A DNA stretch of 35,439 nucleotides from the sequence record DRR723986_777; one strand, 5' to 3'. The position numbers and the translations under genes are program-made. Each line of letters begins with the position of its first letter. Positions within the stretch are counted from its first letter, which is position 1. Of this stretch, positions 34,284 to 35,439 are shown piece after piece. The notes under the pieces are model-generated. The model was not told where the DNA came from, made no database searches, and saw only the letters and a list, made by a program, of their open reading frames with translations.

Positions 34284-35438
34284 TCAGGCCTTCGCGGCGA
34301 CCTTTTTCTTTGCCTTCGGCTTGGTGCGGCCAAGCAGCAGGTGCGCGATTTCCTTGGGCACGACCATCAGCATGTCGTGGACGGCGCGGTCCCAGTCATC
34401 GAGGATTTCCTTGCCGCGGACAGAGCCCGTGCGGCGGACATGTTCCTCAATCAGGGCCTTGGCCTCGCCGATATGTTCGGTCGGCATTTCCGGCAGCGGA
34501 TACCAGTCGATGGAGTCCGGGTTGGCGACGCGTTCGAACCGGTTGGTCGGATCCCAGATGAAGGCCGCGCCGCCCGTCATGCCGGCGCCGAAATTGTCGC
34601 CGATGGGACCGAGGATCACCGCGCGGCCATTGGTCATGTACTCGCAGCCATTCGCGCCGCAGCCCTCGACCACCGTCTTTGCACCAGAGTTCCGGACCGC
34701 AAAGCGCACACCCGCCGTACCGGAAGCGAACAGCTTGCCGCTGGTCGCACCATAGAGACAGGTATTGCCGATGATGGCATCACCGGAAGCCGAGCGGCGG
34801 TCTTTCGGGCGCGGGGCTACAACAATGGTCGCCCCGGACAGGCCCTTGCCGACATAGTCATTGGCATCGCCGATGACTTCCAGCAGCAGGCCCTGCACCG
34901 AGAAGGCGCCGAGTGACTGGCCGGCCGAGCCTTCAAGCCGGATGTGCAGGCGGCCTTCCGGTAGGGCGTGCATGCCGAACTTGCGCGTGATGGCGGAGCT
35001 CGACCGTGTACCAATGGCGCGCATCGTGTTCTGCACGTCGTATTCGAGCTGCATCTTCTCGCTGCGCTCGAAGAAGGGCTCTGCATCGCGCAGGATCTGG
35101 GCGTCCAGCGTATCCGGCACTTCCTCGCGGTGAGCCGGCTGGTAGACGATCGGCTTGTCGGTATCGACCTGGACCAGGAGCGGGTTGAGGTCGAGGTCAT
35201 CGAGATGCGTCGCGCCGCGGCTGACCTGGGCCAGCAGGTCCGTGCGGCCGATGGCTTCGTCGAGGGACTTCAGGCCAAGCGAGGCGAGGATCTCGCGCAC
35301 GTCTTCGGCGATGAAGCTCATCAGATTGACGACCTTCTCCGGCGTGCCGGTGAAGTGCGCACGCAGCGCTTCGTCCTGCACACAGACGCCGACCGGGCAG
35401 GTGTTCGAGTGGCACTGGCGCACCATGATACAGCCCAT
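34284..35438 (-). CDS. gltB: Glutamate synthase large subunit, 3' part (partial)
   Basis: GCIMVRQCHSNTCPVG 3Fe-4S motif, GSAGQSLGAF, DANDYVGKGLSG, RFAVRNSGA, GCEYMT. Confidence 0.97.
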   Translation of the reverse strand: MGCIMVRQCHSNTCPVGVCVQDEALRAHFTGTPEKVVNLMSFIAEDVREILASLGLKSLDEAIGRTDLLAQVSRGATHLDDLDLNPLLVQVDTDKPIVYQPAHREEVPDTLDAQILRDAEPFFERSEKMQLEYDVQNTMRAIGTRSSSAITRKFGMHALPEGRLHIRLEGSAGQSLGAFSVQGLLLEVIGDANDYVGKGLSGATIVVAPRPKDRRSASGDAIIGNTCLYGATSGKLFASGTAGVRFAVRNSGAKTVVEGCGANGCEYMTNGRAVILGPIGDNFGAGMTGGAAFIWDPTNRFERVANPDSIDWYPLPEMPTEHIGEAKALIEEHVRRTGSVRGKEILDDWDRAVHDMLMVVPKEIAHLLLGRTKPKAKKKVAAKA

Positions 35439-35439
35439 C

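Noticed and set aside
1-35439. CRISPR arrays, tRNA/rRNA, IS, prophage or defence genes
   Set aside because: No spaced direct repeats, cloverleaf structures, transposase, integrase or nuclease motifs seen

Overview
High-GC alphaproteobacterial chromosome segment. Gene content and style resemble Hyphomonas/Caulobacterales, which is an inference. It runs from the 3' end of lepA to the 3' end of gltB and is densely coding, with about 36 genes. No rRNA, tRNA, CRISPR array, integrase or IS is recognisable. Housekeeping genes: lepA, tsaD, pyrF, bdhA, senC/regB/regA, phaR/phaB, gltB. Accessory modules: a MerR regulator with a divergent methyltransferase around a SoxR-box-like operator; a Tat-lipoprotein serine hydrolase; an ECF sigma with a membrane anti-sigma; a TetR; a quinohemoprotein alcohol dehydrogenase; a secreted M20 amidohydrolase divergent from a TonB receptor; an ArnT/GT2 pair; a lipid/acyl-CoA cluster; and a Tat-lipoprotein HisC-like aminotransferase. 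The best candidates for something undescribed are three. (1) A 37-aa hydrophobic small ORF (5688-5801, -) absent from the ORF track, with its own RBS, promoter and a TGAA-N14-TTCA palindrome that recurs in the promoter of the neighbouring TetR gene. (2) A geometrically canonical H-type pseudoknot with an alternative anti-SD pairing in the leader of the exported aminotransferase. (3) A palindrome-controlled TonB receptor/periplasmic amidohydrolase pair. All regulatory calls were read by eye and need testing.
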